55,559 bases of DNA, taken from positions 1 through 55,559 of IMG/VR virus record IMGVR_UViG_3300037440_000150. One strand, given 5' to 3'. The DNA is from a virus (taxonomy: Duplodnaviria; Caudoviricetes). The position numbers were made by a program, and so were the translations under genes. Below are positions 45,158-54,312 of this stretch, piece by piece (positions within the stretch are counted from its first letter, which is position 1; each line of letters begins with the position of its first letter). The notes below the pieces were generated by a model. The model searched no databases, was not told the origin of the DNA, and saw only the letters and a program-made list of their open reading frames with translations.

Positions 45158-45447
45158 GGGATGTCCTTTCCGAGCCGGTCGCGTTCCTTGAGTCGTTCGA
45201 GGTACAGCTCGGCCGCGCCAAGCCTCCGCTCCGTCGCTTCCGAGATCGCGTCGTGGCGGGCGTCCACCAGCGCCTGCCGCTGCCACAGAAGTTCGGCCTG
45301 TGAGCGAGGCCACTTCTCATCGTTGGACGCTTTGAGTTCGGTCTTGATGACCTGTACGTCGGCGTACAACTTCACGCCCGCAACGATACACAGCACCAGG
45401 AGACCCGAGATGACGCTCAGCAAGAAGTTCGTCGTCTTGCCGTTCAT
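45154..45447 (-). CDS. Single-TM coiled-coil protein (holin/spanin-like)
   Basis: FLLSVISGLLVLCIVAGV then helix. Confidence 0.5.
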   Translation of the reverse strand: MNGKTTNFLLSVISGLLVLCIVAGVKLYADVQVIKTELKASNDEKWPRSQAELLWQRQALVDARHDAISEATERRLGAAELYLERLKERDRLGKDIP

Positions 45448-45791
45448 GCGCCGACGCACTCCTCGTAATCTTCGCAGTAGGTGGCCTCGCAACCGTCTAC
45501 GCATAACTGCGGGTTCGGCTGGCTCAGGCACTGGAGGTAACAGGTGAGCATTTCGTAGCCCACCCTCACGGCGCACTCCAGATGCTCGGGATCGTCCGGC
45601 GGGTCCTTGATGGGCGGCACCGGCGGATTGCCCGGGCTCGCTTCGTTCGAGAATCCCGACCAGGACGGACTCGTGAGCGAGAACTGGGTCGCGAGCGTCA
45701 TGGCCCGCGCCGCCACGTCGCCCTTGCGGTCGCAACCTGATGCGGTCAGCAGCGAGTGAAGATCATTGGCGAGTTCCTGAATCGTCGGCAT
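45444..45791 (-). CDS. Hypothetical protein with Cys-rich C-terminus
   Basis: AAAGGA RBS; CYLQC...CVDGC...C...C. Confidence 0.55.
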   Translation of the reverse strand: MPTIQELANDLHSLLTASGCDRKGDVAARAMTLATQFSLTSPSWSGFSNEASPGNPPVPPIKDPPDDPEHLECAVRVGYEMLTCYLQCLSQPNPQLCVDGCEATYCEDYEECVGA

Positions 45792-45792
45792 T

Positions 45793-46281
45793 TCAAGGTC
45801 CTTTGTTCTGGTGATCGAACCATGCGCGCAGCTCAGCCATCCATTCGCGTAGTTCACGCTGCCGGGCGTCGGATGCGTCCTGATCCGACCTGACCGCGTC
45901 CACCCGCGATGTCAGCACTTCGGCTACGGTCCTGATCTCGTTCTGAAGCCTGCGGTCCAGCGCCACGCGCTCGGAGTTGCCCGTCTCATCGAGCAGCCGC
46001 ATCTCACGCTGGAGCGTTACGTCGAGGCTGGCGATCGCGGTCCGAGCGTCGGTGATCTTCTGGTCGGTCTGGCCCCGGTGGTAGGCGTTGGCCTCGGCCC
46101 GTGTCACCTCCCGCTCCTGGATTGCCAGGATGGTCCCCTGAATGCGGTCCTGCTCGCGGCCGTAGATGGCGTAGACGAAACCCAGCAGCGTGAGCCCGAG
46201 GCCGACGAACCCCACCATGCCGCCGCACGCGAATGCGAGGTTCTGCCATGTAATCACGCCGTTAGGACGCTCTCCGTTCAT
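45793..46281 (-). CDS. Single-TM coiled-coil protein (i-spanin-like)
   Basis: N-terminal TM plus long helix. Confidence 0.5.
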   Translation of the reverse strand: MNGERPNGVITWQNLAFACGGMVGFVGLGLTLLGFVYAIYGREQDRIQGTILAIQEREVTRAEANAYHRGQTDQKITDARTAIASLDVTLQREMRLLDETGNSERVALDRRLQNEIRTVAEVLTSRVDAVRSDQDASDARQRELREWMAELRAWFDHQNKGP

Positions 46282-46291
46282 GGCGTGCCAG

Positions 46292-46486
46292 TCATGCTCC
46301 CCTAGCAGGTATGTACTCGCGGGCTGCCTTCACGAACGAACGACCGCCGACGTAGACACCGATCAGACCCGTGATGGCCCATTGCGTCAGCGAGGAAAGC
46401 TCAATCTGGAAAGCGTCGGCGGTGAACAACAGCACGACCCCCAGCACGCACAACCAGAACTCGGTCGTGGTCGCGCCGGGCTTCAT
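46292..46486 (-). CDS. Holin-like 2-TM protein
   Basis: MKPG.TTTEFW start, two hydrophobic helices, Y..GRS.VK. Confidence 0.6.
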   Translation of the reverse strand: MKPGATTTEFWLCVLGVVLLFTADAFQIELSSLTQWAITGLIGVYVGGRSFVKAAREYIPARGA

Positions 46487-46860
46487 TCGCCCGCCTCCGG
46501 CGTCGTATTGGTCGTCGCTCGCAAGTACGCCGCGATCGCCGCACGCACCACGTGCGCGGGGTCGTCCGACTCCAACGCCGCCCGAATCTCGGCCACGTTC
46601 CCCTTCGCGTAGGTCAGGATCACCCCAAGCTCGTCAGACTCCACCCCGACCGCCGCCACGACCAGCTCAGCCGCCGAGACGATGTTCAGGATCTCCTGGT
46701 CGGTGATCTGGCCGTCCTGGGTCGCGGTGTCGATCTCAAGGGTCAGGAGCAGTACCGGCGCGATGGCCGGGTGAGGATCCTGTTCGCCGGTGTCTGGGTT
46801 GGTCACACAGGCAGACAGCCACGGAAGGGCAGCGGCGACGAGCAATGCCAGGTATCGCAT
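46483..46860 (-). CDS. Lipoprotein
   Basis: Signal with LSAC lipobox; AAGGAG RBS. Confidence 0.65.
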   Translation of the reverse strand: MRYLALLVAAALPWLSACVTNPDTGEQDPHPAIAPVLLLTLEIDTATQDGQITDQEILNIVSAAELVVAAVGVESDELGVILTYAKGNVAEIRAALESDDPAHVVRAAIAAYLRATTNTTPEAGE

Positions 46861-46876
46861 GGGGGGCTCCTTCTAG

Positions 46877-46950
46877 ACCACGCCGGTAGTATATCGTAGT
46901 CCCGGAGCACCATTGGTAGTGGCCTAGGGAGCCAGCCCGGCCCCTGTCAA
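46877..46950. promoter_or_regulatory. Divergent control region with operator ACCAC-N4-GTAGT-N5-GTAGT
   Basis: Boxes at 46877, 46886, 46896, 46916; minus-strand TATACT and TTGACA present. Confidence 0.5.
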
Positions 46951-46993
46951 GTCGCCTCCGTGAAGCGAAGGCTGGGGCGATAGGAATCCGAAC

Positions 46994-48313
46994 ATGGCCG
47001 ACGCCGTAGGGCTCTCAAAGGACGGGGTTGCTTGCTCCCAAGACGGTAGAGCCATCGACAACTCGTGCTGCGAAGAAGAGTGCTTCAACCGCTTCGACCC
47101 GTGCGAGACCGCAGATTGCGAAGACCCGATCTTCCTGCCATGCGAGTTCGAGTGCGAATCTGAGATCGTGGCGTGGATCGGATGCTGCTACGTCAAAGAC
47201 CCGGACACCGACTATGTCTCGTGCCCGCCGGGACGCGACCCGCCCAAGGGGTTTGAGTGCCTTCCGGAAGATGCGGTCCTGCCCAATCCAGGCTCAGTCG
47301 AATGCGTACCCGACTGCGAGGACGATCGTTGCCACACGTGCTTCATCCAGGCTACTCCGTGCCCAGGAAACGACGGCTCACTGGTGCAGCTCGTCGAGTG
47401 CAAGCTGTTCGACGACATCGAAGAGGACTGCTTCGTGTTCGGCGCGGGTGGACCAGGCACGTGCGCGTGGGTGCATGAGCAAGGCCCGACCTACAAGGGA
47501 TGCGTGGACTTCCCCGGCCAGCAATGCATCGAGATCACGAGCCTGCCGAACATATTGGGTCAGACGTGCTGCGATTGCACCGACAGCCCGCCGGAATGCG
47601 ACGCGGGCAACTGCGCCACGCTGCTCAATCAGGCCATGTTCGATTTGCTGGCCGCCGGGAACGTCGGTCCAATCCCGATCCCCGTATGCTGCTGCGACGA
47701 CGACGCGACGCGCGACTCATGGCAGGTCAACGCGATGTCGGTAAATCGTGTGTTCACCTGCGGCCAGTGCCAAGACTGTGGGAACATTCCGGGCCTGCTG
47801 CTTCGAGATCAGGTCAATACGACCGATGGAGGGGCGGGACAGATTCATTGCGTCAGAGAGCTAACGCAATACCAGCCGAACTGCAATACGTGTACCCAGG
47901 GCGATGGAGATTTTTCCGTAGGCGAGTTCGATGGTACGCACCACCCCAGTCCGTGCTGCCCGCCCAATGGGGGATTCGACCAGGCGACAGCGTGCGTTGA
48001 CGGGAAGTTCATATTCAGCCACCAGTGCGAGTCCACGACCATAACGGGACTCATTGTCTCGTGCAACATGCTGATGATCGCGTGGACCAGAGAAGGCAGG
48101 AATACTACTGCCGGTTGCGGAGACTGTACTCTCATCGGAGAGACAACGTCTGGATTTTACATCGGCACGAGGAGTATGGGCGAGTGCTCATCCGGATGCA
48201 ACGATGCGAATATCGGGATGGGCGCCAACAGTCGAGGCTTCATCGGACCCGAGGGCCGAGAGCCATCCGGCGTTGAGAAGATCGGGGCGCTGGATATATT
48301 GGCAATGGGGTAG
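46994..48313 (+). CDS. Cysteine-rich acidic protein (45 Cys in 439 aa)
   Basis: Cys counted from translation; long ORF divergent from lipoprotein gene. Confidence 0.7.
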   Translation: MADAVGLSKDGVACSQDGRAIDNSCCEEECFNRFDPCETADCEDPIFLPCEFECESEIVAWIGCCYVKDPDTDYVSCPPGRDPPKGFECLPEDAVLPNPGSVECVPDCEDDRCHTCFIQATPCPGNDGSLVQLVECKLFDDIEEDCFVFGAGGPGTCAWVHEQGPTYKGCVDFPGQQCIEITSLPNILGQTCCDCTDSPPECDAGNCATLLNQAMFDLLAAGNVGPIPIPVCCCDDDATRDSWQVNAMSVNRVFTCGQCQDCGNIPGLLLRDQVNTTDGGAGQIHCVRELTQYQPNCNTCTQGDGDFSVGEFDGTHHPSPCCPPNGGFDQATACVDGKFIFSHQCESTTITGLIVSCNMLMIAWTREGRNTTAGCGDCTLIGETTSGFYIGTRSMGECSSGCNDANIGMGANSRGFIGPEGREPSGVEKIGALDILAMG

Positions 48314-48316
48314 ACG

Positions 48317-48694
48317 ATGGCGTGCGGCTCATGCGGCGGGAACAAGTCTGACGGAAACCTGGGCGTGTCGGACAGGCTCAGGACCGCTATGGCAATGTGC
48401 CAGACGTGCCGACCGGCGAGGCGTGCGAATGCGCCGTTGGACCAGCACGGGGTCGTGCTGTGCATTAGCGGTCATCCGGTGGTCGTGACGCTGGATATGC
48501 CGGAGCCGTTCGGGTGTCCGCGCGGCCGACACCCGGATAAGGACGGCGTAGTACGTTGGCTGCGCATCAGGTGGAGAGGCGTCCCGTTGCCGCTCAGGTG
48601 GCGTCTACCGAGCCGGTACAAGCTTCCTGGCTGCGGGTGCATCCACGTCCTCAAAGGCTTGTGGGAGAGGCTGAAACCCCGCCCGAGCCGGTAG
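48317..48694 (+). CDS. Small Cys-rich basic protein
   Basis: MACGSCGG, CQTC, CPRGRH, PGCGC. Confidence 0.6.
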   Translation: MACGSCGGNKSDGNLGVSDRLRTAMAMCQTCRPARRANAPLDQHGVVLCISGHPVVVTLDMPEPFGCPRGRHPDKDGVVRWLRIRWRGVPLPLRWRLPSRYKLPGCGCIHVLKGLWERLKPRPSR

Positions 48695-48746
48695 GAACTG
48701 GCGGGGTGATGTGGGGCCGTGGGCGACGAGCCCACAGCGGTGACAC

Positions 48747-49112
48747 CTAGATACGTCTGCCCACCGCATCATGCTTTGGATGAGGGGGTGTACTTTCTGA
48801 GACTTCTGATTGCTCCCGGCACACTCGGCATCCGTTGCCACCCATCACCATGTTGTCGATTGTCGCAGGAGCGACGCAACAACAGCAGAACATGGGGCTG
48901 GAGTTCCCCAGCTTCCCCAGGTCGAGCGGGGTGATGCCGAGGATGGCGCACAAAATCCTGTATTTGACCTCAGTTTCCTTCCTGGCCTCGACCATTCGCA
49001 ACCGATCTCTGCCGCGAACAGCAGAGTGACTAGGCTCCCATTTGAGCGAAGAGTCTTGGACAACACTCTGTACCGCTTGCGCGATCAGCGCGGCGTGCAG
49101 TGGGTCAATCAT
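48747..49112 (-). CDS. Hypothetical protein
   Basis: GGAG RBS; last gene of converging early operon. Confidence 0.5.
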   Translation of the reverse strand: MIDPLHAALIAQAVQSVVQDSSLKWEPSHSAVRGRDRLRMVEARKETEVKYRILCAILGITPLDLGKLGNSSPMFCCCCVAPATIDNMVMGGNGCRVCREQSEVSESTPPHPKHDAVGRRI

Positions 49113-49161
49113 GTCGGTCTCCAGTCAGTCTTGCAGATTCAGCCTTCTCGGTCCTTCGCCC

Positions 49162-49458
49162 TCACCGCAAGATCATGCCCCGAAACTTCGCTTCGTCCTC
49201 CAGTCTCCCACGCAGTTCTGCCTCCAGCCTCAAGTTGGTCACATCACCATCGCGGCTCATCATCGACGCCAGATTCGCCGACTTCTTGATCGCGACCTTG
49301 AGGCCGTCGTCGCTCAGGCTTCCCAAGAGCCGCCCGATGATGTAGCCACTCCGTGCTGCGAACGTGATTGTGTCATCGTTGAGGACGCCCTCGCGTCGCA
49401 GATCGTTAATGAACCGGCTCTCCTCGGTCGTCAGTTGCAACAGGTCTGGATTCCCCAT
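49162..49458 (-). CDS. Hypothetical protein
   Basis: AAGGAG RBS. Confidence 0.6.
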   Translation of the reverse strand: MGNPDLLQLTTEESRFINDLRREGVLNDDTITFAARSGYIIGRLLGSLSDDGLKVAIKKSANLASMMSRDGDVTNLRLEAELRGRLEDEAKFRGMILR

Positions 49459-49460
49459 CG

Positions 49461-49796
49461 TCAGTCTCCTTTTTGACTTGCATGTACCGCTTCCACTGCG
49501 AGGCGGAGGAAGGTGTCGAAGTCGGAATGGACTACCTGACCGACACGCCTGACATCACACACCCATTGATTGTTGCCAAAGTGAATCATCCCGCCTCGCT
49601 CGCCCAAGCACCGCACCGCCCGCTCGCGGAAGAGGGCGTGGGCGACGTCAATGTCCTCGCCCTCCGCCATCCAATCTCCCCCTCGCCACCACCAATTTTC
49701 AAAGTCGGGGTTGCAGACGAGACGCCTGCGCCCACCACGCTTCGTCGGCCTCAGCTCCGGCACCTTCTCAATCAACTCCGCGTGTCGGTCAGGCAT
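49461..49796 (-). CDS. Hypothetical protein
   Basis: AAGGAG RBS. Confidence 0.55.
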   Translation of the reverse strand: MPDRHAELIEKVPELRPTKRGGRRRLVCNPDFENWWWRGGDWMAEGEDIDVAHALFRERAVRCLGERGGMIHFGNNQWVCDVRRVGQVVHSDFDTFLRLAVEAVHASQKGD

Positions 49797-50055
49797 GGGG
49801 AGGCTCCTTGGGAGATCGGCTTATGACCTGCCCCAAGCAGGTTTTAACACGGGGCCATAGATACTTCTTGTCACGCCTGGAGAACACGCGGGCTCCACCG
49901 ATGCGATCTTTCCCCCCGAGCGACAGGCCCCGCCACTCATTGGAGATCCACAAGAACCACCCATTGGCGTGACGCAACTCGAACCCATCAAACCCTGTCC
50001 ATCGCTCTGGATGTTGCAGTTCATCTCTGATCGTCTTCGCAAGCTCACTCGGCAT
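49789..50055 (-). CDS. Hypothetical protein
   Basis: Overlapping chain, GGAG RBS. Confidence 0.55.
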   Translation of the reverse strand: MPSELAKTIRDELQHPERWTGFDGFELRHANGWFLWISNEWRGLSLGGKDRIGGARVFSRRDKKYLWPRVKTCLGQVISRSPKEPPHA

Positions 50056-50338
50056 CGGCGGGCTCCGTCTTCACTGGCTTGATCTTGGCCGCTTGCAGCA
50101 GCGCCCGCTGGCGATCGCAATGCGCCCGCGTCTGCTTGATGAGAGTGAGCAGGTTGTCAAACCCCTGCTGATGGCAGTCGCGCTGAAACTCGACGAACCC
50201 AATGAGATGATCCCATTCGGCGTCACCAACCTCTTTCGGAACTTGCAGGGCGAATCTTGACACCGTATAAACCATCGACTTGCCGATTGCTGACGGGGTC
50301 ACGTCCGGCACCACAATCTCCATCTCAGGCTCTTTCAT
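50045..50338 (-). CDS. Hypothetical protein
   Basis: Overlapping chain. Confidence 0.55.
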   Translation of the reverse strand: MKEPEMEIVVPDVTPSAIGKSMVYTVSRFALQVPKEVGDAEWDHLIGFVEFQRDCHQQGFDNLLTLIKQTRAHCDRQRALLQAAKIKPVKTEPADAE

Positions 50339-50618
50339 CGGCGGGCTCCTTGGCGGGCGGGGCGAGGGCGATTCCGGCGATGTCTTGCGACCACGAGACC
50401 ATCTTGGTCATTGTGAAATCGTCGCTTGGATAGTCGCCATTCGATATTGTCCGCAGCGCATCCTCCAGCTTCCCCACACGCTCCGCCATCCCCGCGTACT
50501 CGCGCAGCAGGCGGGCGGTGTCGCGGTAGACACCATTGAAAACGACATCTGAGTATTGCCGCGATGTAGACTCATGCCACTTCGCCAGTTCAATCGCTCG
50601 CTCGGTGTCAGTCTGCAT
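50325..50618 (-). CDS. Hypothetical protein
   Basis: AAAGGA RBS. Confidence 0.5.
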   Translation of the reverse strand: MQTDTERAIELAKWHESTSRQYSDVVFNGVYRDTARLLREYAGMAERVGKLEDALRTISNGDYPSDDFTMTKMVSWSQDIAGIALAPPAKEPADERA

Positions 50619-50889
50619 TGGCTTCCTTTCCCGTGCCGTCGCATCGCGGCTCCCTCTCCATCGTGTGCAGGTTGCTGACGAGGCTGCCGATCGAATACTC
50701 AACCGCACCGATTATCAGGCGCAGCGCGTCCAGGTCATTCGAGGACATCTGGCCGTGCATGAGGCGTTCATCCATGAACCGGGCCGCAATCTTCACGTTG
50801 GACTTGACGCGAATCGACTGGTCCTGGGCGTTGGCCAGGGTGTACCGGGCCGATTCAGCCACCGGCGTGTTCATCTCCGTCATCGTCAT
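50608..50889 (-). CDS. Hypothetical protein
   Basis: GGAG RBS, ATGA coupling. Confidence 0.5.
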   Translation of the reverse strand: MTMTEMNTPVAESARYTLANAQDQSIRVKSNVKIAARFMDERLMHGQMSSNDLDALRLIIGAVEYSIGSLVSNLHTMEREPRCDGTGKEANAD

Positions 50890-51137
50890 TCTCCGTGCCC
50901 TCGACAGGGCTTCGACGCCAACTCTTCCGACCACTGTTCCTCGCACCAGAAGCACCCAGGCCCGTCAAGGCTCATCAGGTTCTCCATGTCGAGGAAGTAC
51001 CTCTCGGCGTTCGGACGCACGGTCCACGCGCCGACGACGACCCACAGATGCTCGCCAGGCTTCTGCTCTGGCAGTTCCGCGTTGTGCTTGCGCTTCGCCT
51101 CGACCTTGGGGCCGATTTCAATACGTTCCAGTGCCAT
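50886..51137 (-). CDS. Hypothetical protein (GPGC..CE motif)
   Basis: AGGAG RBS. Confidence 0.55.
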   Translation of the reverse strand: MALERIEIGPKVEAKRKHNAELPEQKPGEHLWVVVGAWTVRPNAERYFLDMENLMSLDGPGCFWCEEQWSEELASKPCRGHGE

Positions 51138-51231
51138 CACGTCACTCCTGTAAACAGCGGCGCGTCGCCAGCCGCGTCGGTGCGGTGTGTGTCCATGACC
51201 TCGCGGCACTCGCCGACGTGGATGGCGCGCG

Positions 51232-51660
51232 TCACGACGTGGACTCCGTATCTTCATCGTCAATCAAGCGCCACGCCTCGCGCACCCGGTCCATCACCGA
51301 CGCCTCGCGCACAATCGCGACCAGCGGGGGCAGTCCGGCGAACCGGCGCGCACTCTGGCACTGCTCGCCCCCGGCCTGCATCGCCACGCACACCCCCGGC
51401 CTCGTCGCGTAGATCCCGCACCGCTTGTCGGCGGCCAGAAACACACACGCGTGCGCGGCCGTGTGGTGCGGCAATGGCTCTCGCGCGTTGATGTTGATTT
51501 TCCATTCCTCGACAGGCAGTCGCCCTCCGCCATCGAGCCATCGACCTTCCTCAGCAACGCGCGGCTCGCGGATCGCGTCGAGCTGATCAGCCTCGATGAT
51601 CAGGTGCTCACAGCACGCGCCGCACCCATCGCAATCGAACACGGGCAATGAGATCGTCAC
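51232..51660 (-). CDS. YkgJ-like CxxCxxCC cysteine-cluster protein
   Basis: FDCDGCGACC...CVFL...CGIY.TRP.VC. Confidence 0.8.
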   Translation of the reverse strand: MTISLPVFDCDGCGACCEHLIIEADQLDAIREPRVAEEGRWLDGGGRLPVEEWKININAREPLPHHTAAHACVFLAADKRCGIYATRPGVCVAMQAGGEQCQSARRFAGLPPLVAIVREASVMDRVREAWRLIDDEDTESTS

Positions 51661-52007
51661 TTCGCGCCCTCCATCTCCACCGCCGCCAGCAGCGTCGCGC
51701 GGAGGGGGTCGGGGTCTTGCACTTGCTTGCCCTCATTCGTTCCATCAATTAGGTCGTGAGCGGCGTGGTGATGCCAATACCAGACATCCTTTTCACGGTC
51801 ATCATCAATCAGCATCTGCCCACGAGAGAACGTCCACTCTTTATCCGTCAGCGCCACCGCCGCCGCCCAGGCGATGCGTTCGAGGTTGGGCGCGATAAAG
51901 AATGACCGGAGATTGGCGTCGTCGTCAGGCGTGTCCTTCCAGCAGTCTGTGTTGAGCGGAAACCACGCCGCGTACCTCAGCTTGAGCGCAAGGTCGATGT
52001 TGGTCAT
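51657..52007 (-). CDS. Hypothetical protein
   Basis: Coupled ORF. Confidence 0.5.
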   Translation of the reverse strand: MTNIDLALKLRYAAWFPLNTDCWKDTPDDDANLRSFFIAPNLERIAWAAAVALTDKEWTFSRGQMLIDDDREKDVWYWHHHAAHDLIDGTNEGKQVQDPDPLRATLLAAVEMEGAK

Positions 52008-52258
52008 GGGGTGGATTCCTTCGATGGACCTGTCTCGCCGCGATGGCAATCACATCGACACGGCGTCTTGTACGAGTACGTCGAAAGGAAGTCGTGCTTG
52101 AAACGCTCCCGATAGCGGCACCGCCAACCAGCCTGGGCCATCGTCTCGCCGATTCGACGGCCCGGAGCGGCGCAACAGCAAGTGGTCTGCTTGACCTCTC
52201 CATCAACGATGCGCTTCGTCTCGGTCCAGTAGTCAAGAATCTTTCGGAACGTCGCCAT
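52004..52258 (-). CDS. Hypothetical Cys-containing protein
   Basis: GGAGG RBS; PCRCDCH. Confidence 0.5.
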   Translation of the reverse strand: MATFRKILDYWTETKRIVDGEVKQTTCCCAAPGRRIGETMAQAGWRCRYRERFKHDFLSTYSYKTPCRCDCHRGETGPSKESTP

Positions 52259-52583
52259 CACACCCTCCCTTCGCGGCGGTCCAAGCGGCAGTAACACGAC
52301 TCAGGCGGTCAACAGCCTCGTCGCGGTAGTACCAACCTTGGCTCGGGTTGTTCGGGTCCATGTTGTCGGGCTCATGGCCGATGCAATCGGGCGGGCACGA
52401 TACGAGTTGCGACCTCAGCCCTTTGCACGCACGTTCCATCGCATCCCCCGCCGCCACCAACTCCCCGCATCGCTTCCGCAGCTCGGCGTTCTCGGCGCGG
52501 ATGCGGGTGAGGTCGCCTTCCACATAGGGATGCAGCGGTCGTAGCGCCTTCCGTAGTTCTCGACGGTCACTTTTCTCGGTCAC
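52233..52583 (-). CDS. Hypothetical protein
   Basis: Coupled ORF; ends AAWTAAKGG like neighbour. Confidence 0.55.
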   Translation of the reverse strand: MTEKSDRRELRKALRPLHPYVEGDLTRIRAENAELRKRCGELVAAGDAMERACKGLRSQLVSCPPDCIGHEPDNMDPNNPSQGWYYRDEAVDRLSRVTAAWTAAKGGCDGDVPKDS

Positions 52584-52831
52584 CCCTCACCTCCCTTCGC
52601 GGCGGTCCAGGCTGCGAGGGCTGCGTGCGCCTCGTCGTAATCATCGAGCGCATTGAAGTTGCCACCAATGATCGCCGTCAAGTGATCCCCCGCCTCCACC
52701 AGCGGGGCGAAGTGGCGCGTGATGATGGCGGCAAAACATTCCGGCATCGGCACGCCATGCCCGTCATCATCTAAGAGAGCCATATGGATCTCCCTCGCAG
52801 CCGCTTCCGCCTTGGTGTTGATGTCGCTCAT
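52580..52831 (-). CDS. Hypothetical protein
   Basis: GAGGAG RBS. Confidence 0.6.
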   Translation of the reverse strand: MSDINTKAEAAAREIHMALLDDDGHGVPMPECFAAIITRHFAPLVEAGDHLTAIIGGNFNALDDYDEAHAALAAWTAAKGGEG

Positions 52832-53017
52832 TATGTTTCTCCTCAGCCATGATCTGCCGTTCCAGTTCTACCGCCTCATCGAATGGCATTCCTGCGTTGG
52901 ACAACCAGTACCACCCGCACCGGGGGCATTCAGCGTCGATTCACTGGTCGAACGGGGGCACAGTTCCATTAGGGTGTCCGAACTGGAGGGGCGACCCGCA
53001 TCTTGGGCATTGCTCGC

Positions 53018-53308
53018 TCACCCCTCACCTCCGTCCTGACGCGCGGAGAGGCGTCGGGCCCTCCGCGCCGCGCGCCGTCGGTCCTCAGACTCGTTGGCAG
53101 CGGTCCCGCATTCGTGGCACAACGGCACGTCATCCATCGTGAATCCGTCGGACGGCGCCCCACAGGCTTCGCATGGAGTACGCCGCGCGGCTTCGGCAGC
53201 TTCGGCGAGTTCGGCGGCGTAGCGGAGCATGGAGGCTCTCGTCGGACGCCAATAATCAAGTTCATCCGCAGCCGCTCTCAACTCCGCCGGCGTGAACGTG
53301 TCACCCAT
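53018..53308 (-). CDS. Hypothetical protein with CxxC...CxxC
   Basis: GGAG RBS. Confidence 0.5.
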   Translation of the reverse strand: MGDTFTPAELRAAADELDYWRPTRASMLRYAAELAEAAEAARRTPCEACGAPSDGFTMDDVPLCHECGTAANESEDRRRAARRARRLSARQDGGEG

Positions 53309-53561
53309 TGCTATTCTCCAGAAATGCACGCGCGGCCGCGACGAAGGGGGAGTAGTGCTCCACAAATAGGTTGAAATAGTTAGCGACGTGGCCCTGCTCG
53401 CCCCATCGAACAACGACCCCCTGCCTCACAAGCCACGCCAGCCACCTGTCGGCGCGAATGATCGGATCGGTTTCGGCGCTGACCATGTGTGGCCATGAGC
53501 CAAGCGGGACCGCAGCCTCCAGCGCCGCCACCGCTTCGGACTCGGTCGTGATGACAGGCAT
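53301..53561 (-). CDS. Hypothetical protein
   Basis: GAGGAG RBS. Confidence 0.5.
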   Translation of the reverse strand: MPVITTESEAVAALEAAVPLGSWPHMVSAETDPIIRADRWLAWLVRQGVVVRWGEQGHVANYFNLFVEHYSPFVAAARAFLENSNG

Positions 53562-53572
53562 TACCACTCCTC

Positions 53573-54034
53573 TCACAGCACTTCCTCAACTTCGATCCAC
53601 GCCCCATCGCGCTCGCCCCATCGCTTCTCTTTCGCAACGCTCACCACCTGGCAGTCGTCGTGCCACACCACGCCCGTCAGCGCGTCCTTCACCGCCTTCT
53701 CCAGGTTGTCCAGGTCCGGCTTCTGCGTGTGGTGCTCGCGGGCCGTGCGCTTCAGGACATCGGCGTTGCGGCCCGTACCGAAGTGGCTGCGCGGCCGCGC
53801 GAACACGAACTCGATCTTCATCCGAAACGCGCAGCGAGAGGGTGGGCCGCGGTACTCGCAGCGGGCCAAGCCGCGGATGGCCGATTTCCAGCCGTCCGCG
53901 GTGGGGGGTGTGTAGATCCGGGCGACCACCTTGCGGAGCGCGATGAGCTTTCGCGCTATCGCGGTCAGCCCGATCAGCCGCGCCTTCACGCGCGGCTGGG
54001 CCTTCGGCTCGCCTGGGACGTGGAAGCGGATCAT
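53573..54034 (-). CDS. rusA: RusA Holliday-junction resolvase
   Basis: VPGEPKAQPR; KPDLDNLEKAVKDALTG..W.DDCQVV. Confidence 0.92.
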   Translation of the reverse strand: MIRFHVPGEPKAQPRVKARLIGLTAIARKLIALRKVVARIYTPPTADGWKSAIRGLARCEYRGPPSRCAFRMKIEFVFARPRSHFGTGRNADVLKRTAREHHTQKPDLDNLEKAVKDALTGVVWHDDCQVVSVAKEKRWGERDGAWIEVEEVL

Positions 54035-54312
54035 TCGGCCTCATCGTCCACTTCCTCGGGCTCGGACACTTTGCCGTGCGACTCCACGATCACCTTCTCC
54101 GCGCCGGGACGCAGCCGCACCGTCATGTCGCCGTGCGTGTAGACCTCCAGATCCCGATCGTGCATGATCGCCTTGACGGCCTCAGCCGCGTCCTTGATCT
54201 TTGTTCCGAGACTGGCGCGCTCGCTCCGCATCTCCATCAACCGCTCAGCCGCCGCGATCAGCGGCTTGTCTGCTTCGTGGTCGGTCTCAATCAGCTTCTC
54301 TTGCGTGGTCAT
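54031..54312 (-). CDS. Hypothetical protein
   Basis: AAGGAG RBS, coupled. Confidence 0.6.
   Translation of the reverse strand: MTTQEKLIETDHEADKPLIAAAERLMEMRSERASLGTKIKDAAEAVKAIMHDRDLEVYTHGDMTVRLRPGAEKVIVESHGKVSEPEEVDDEAE

Noticed and set aside
16700-45547. Long antisense ORFs (e.g. 16700..17872, 22795..23997, 25972..27954, 36589..38223, 44255..45547)
   Set aside because: Shadow frames of real genes, expected in high-GC DNA with strong codon bias
39998-48313. Diversity-generating retroelement acting on fibre or Cys-rich genes
   Set aside because: No reverse transcriptase motif and no template/variable repeat pair seen
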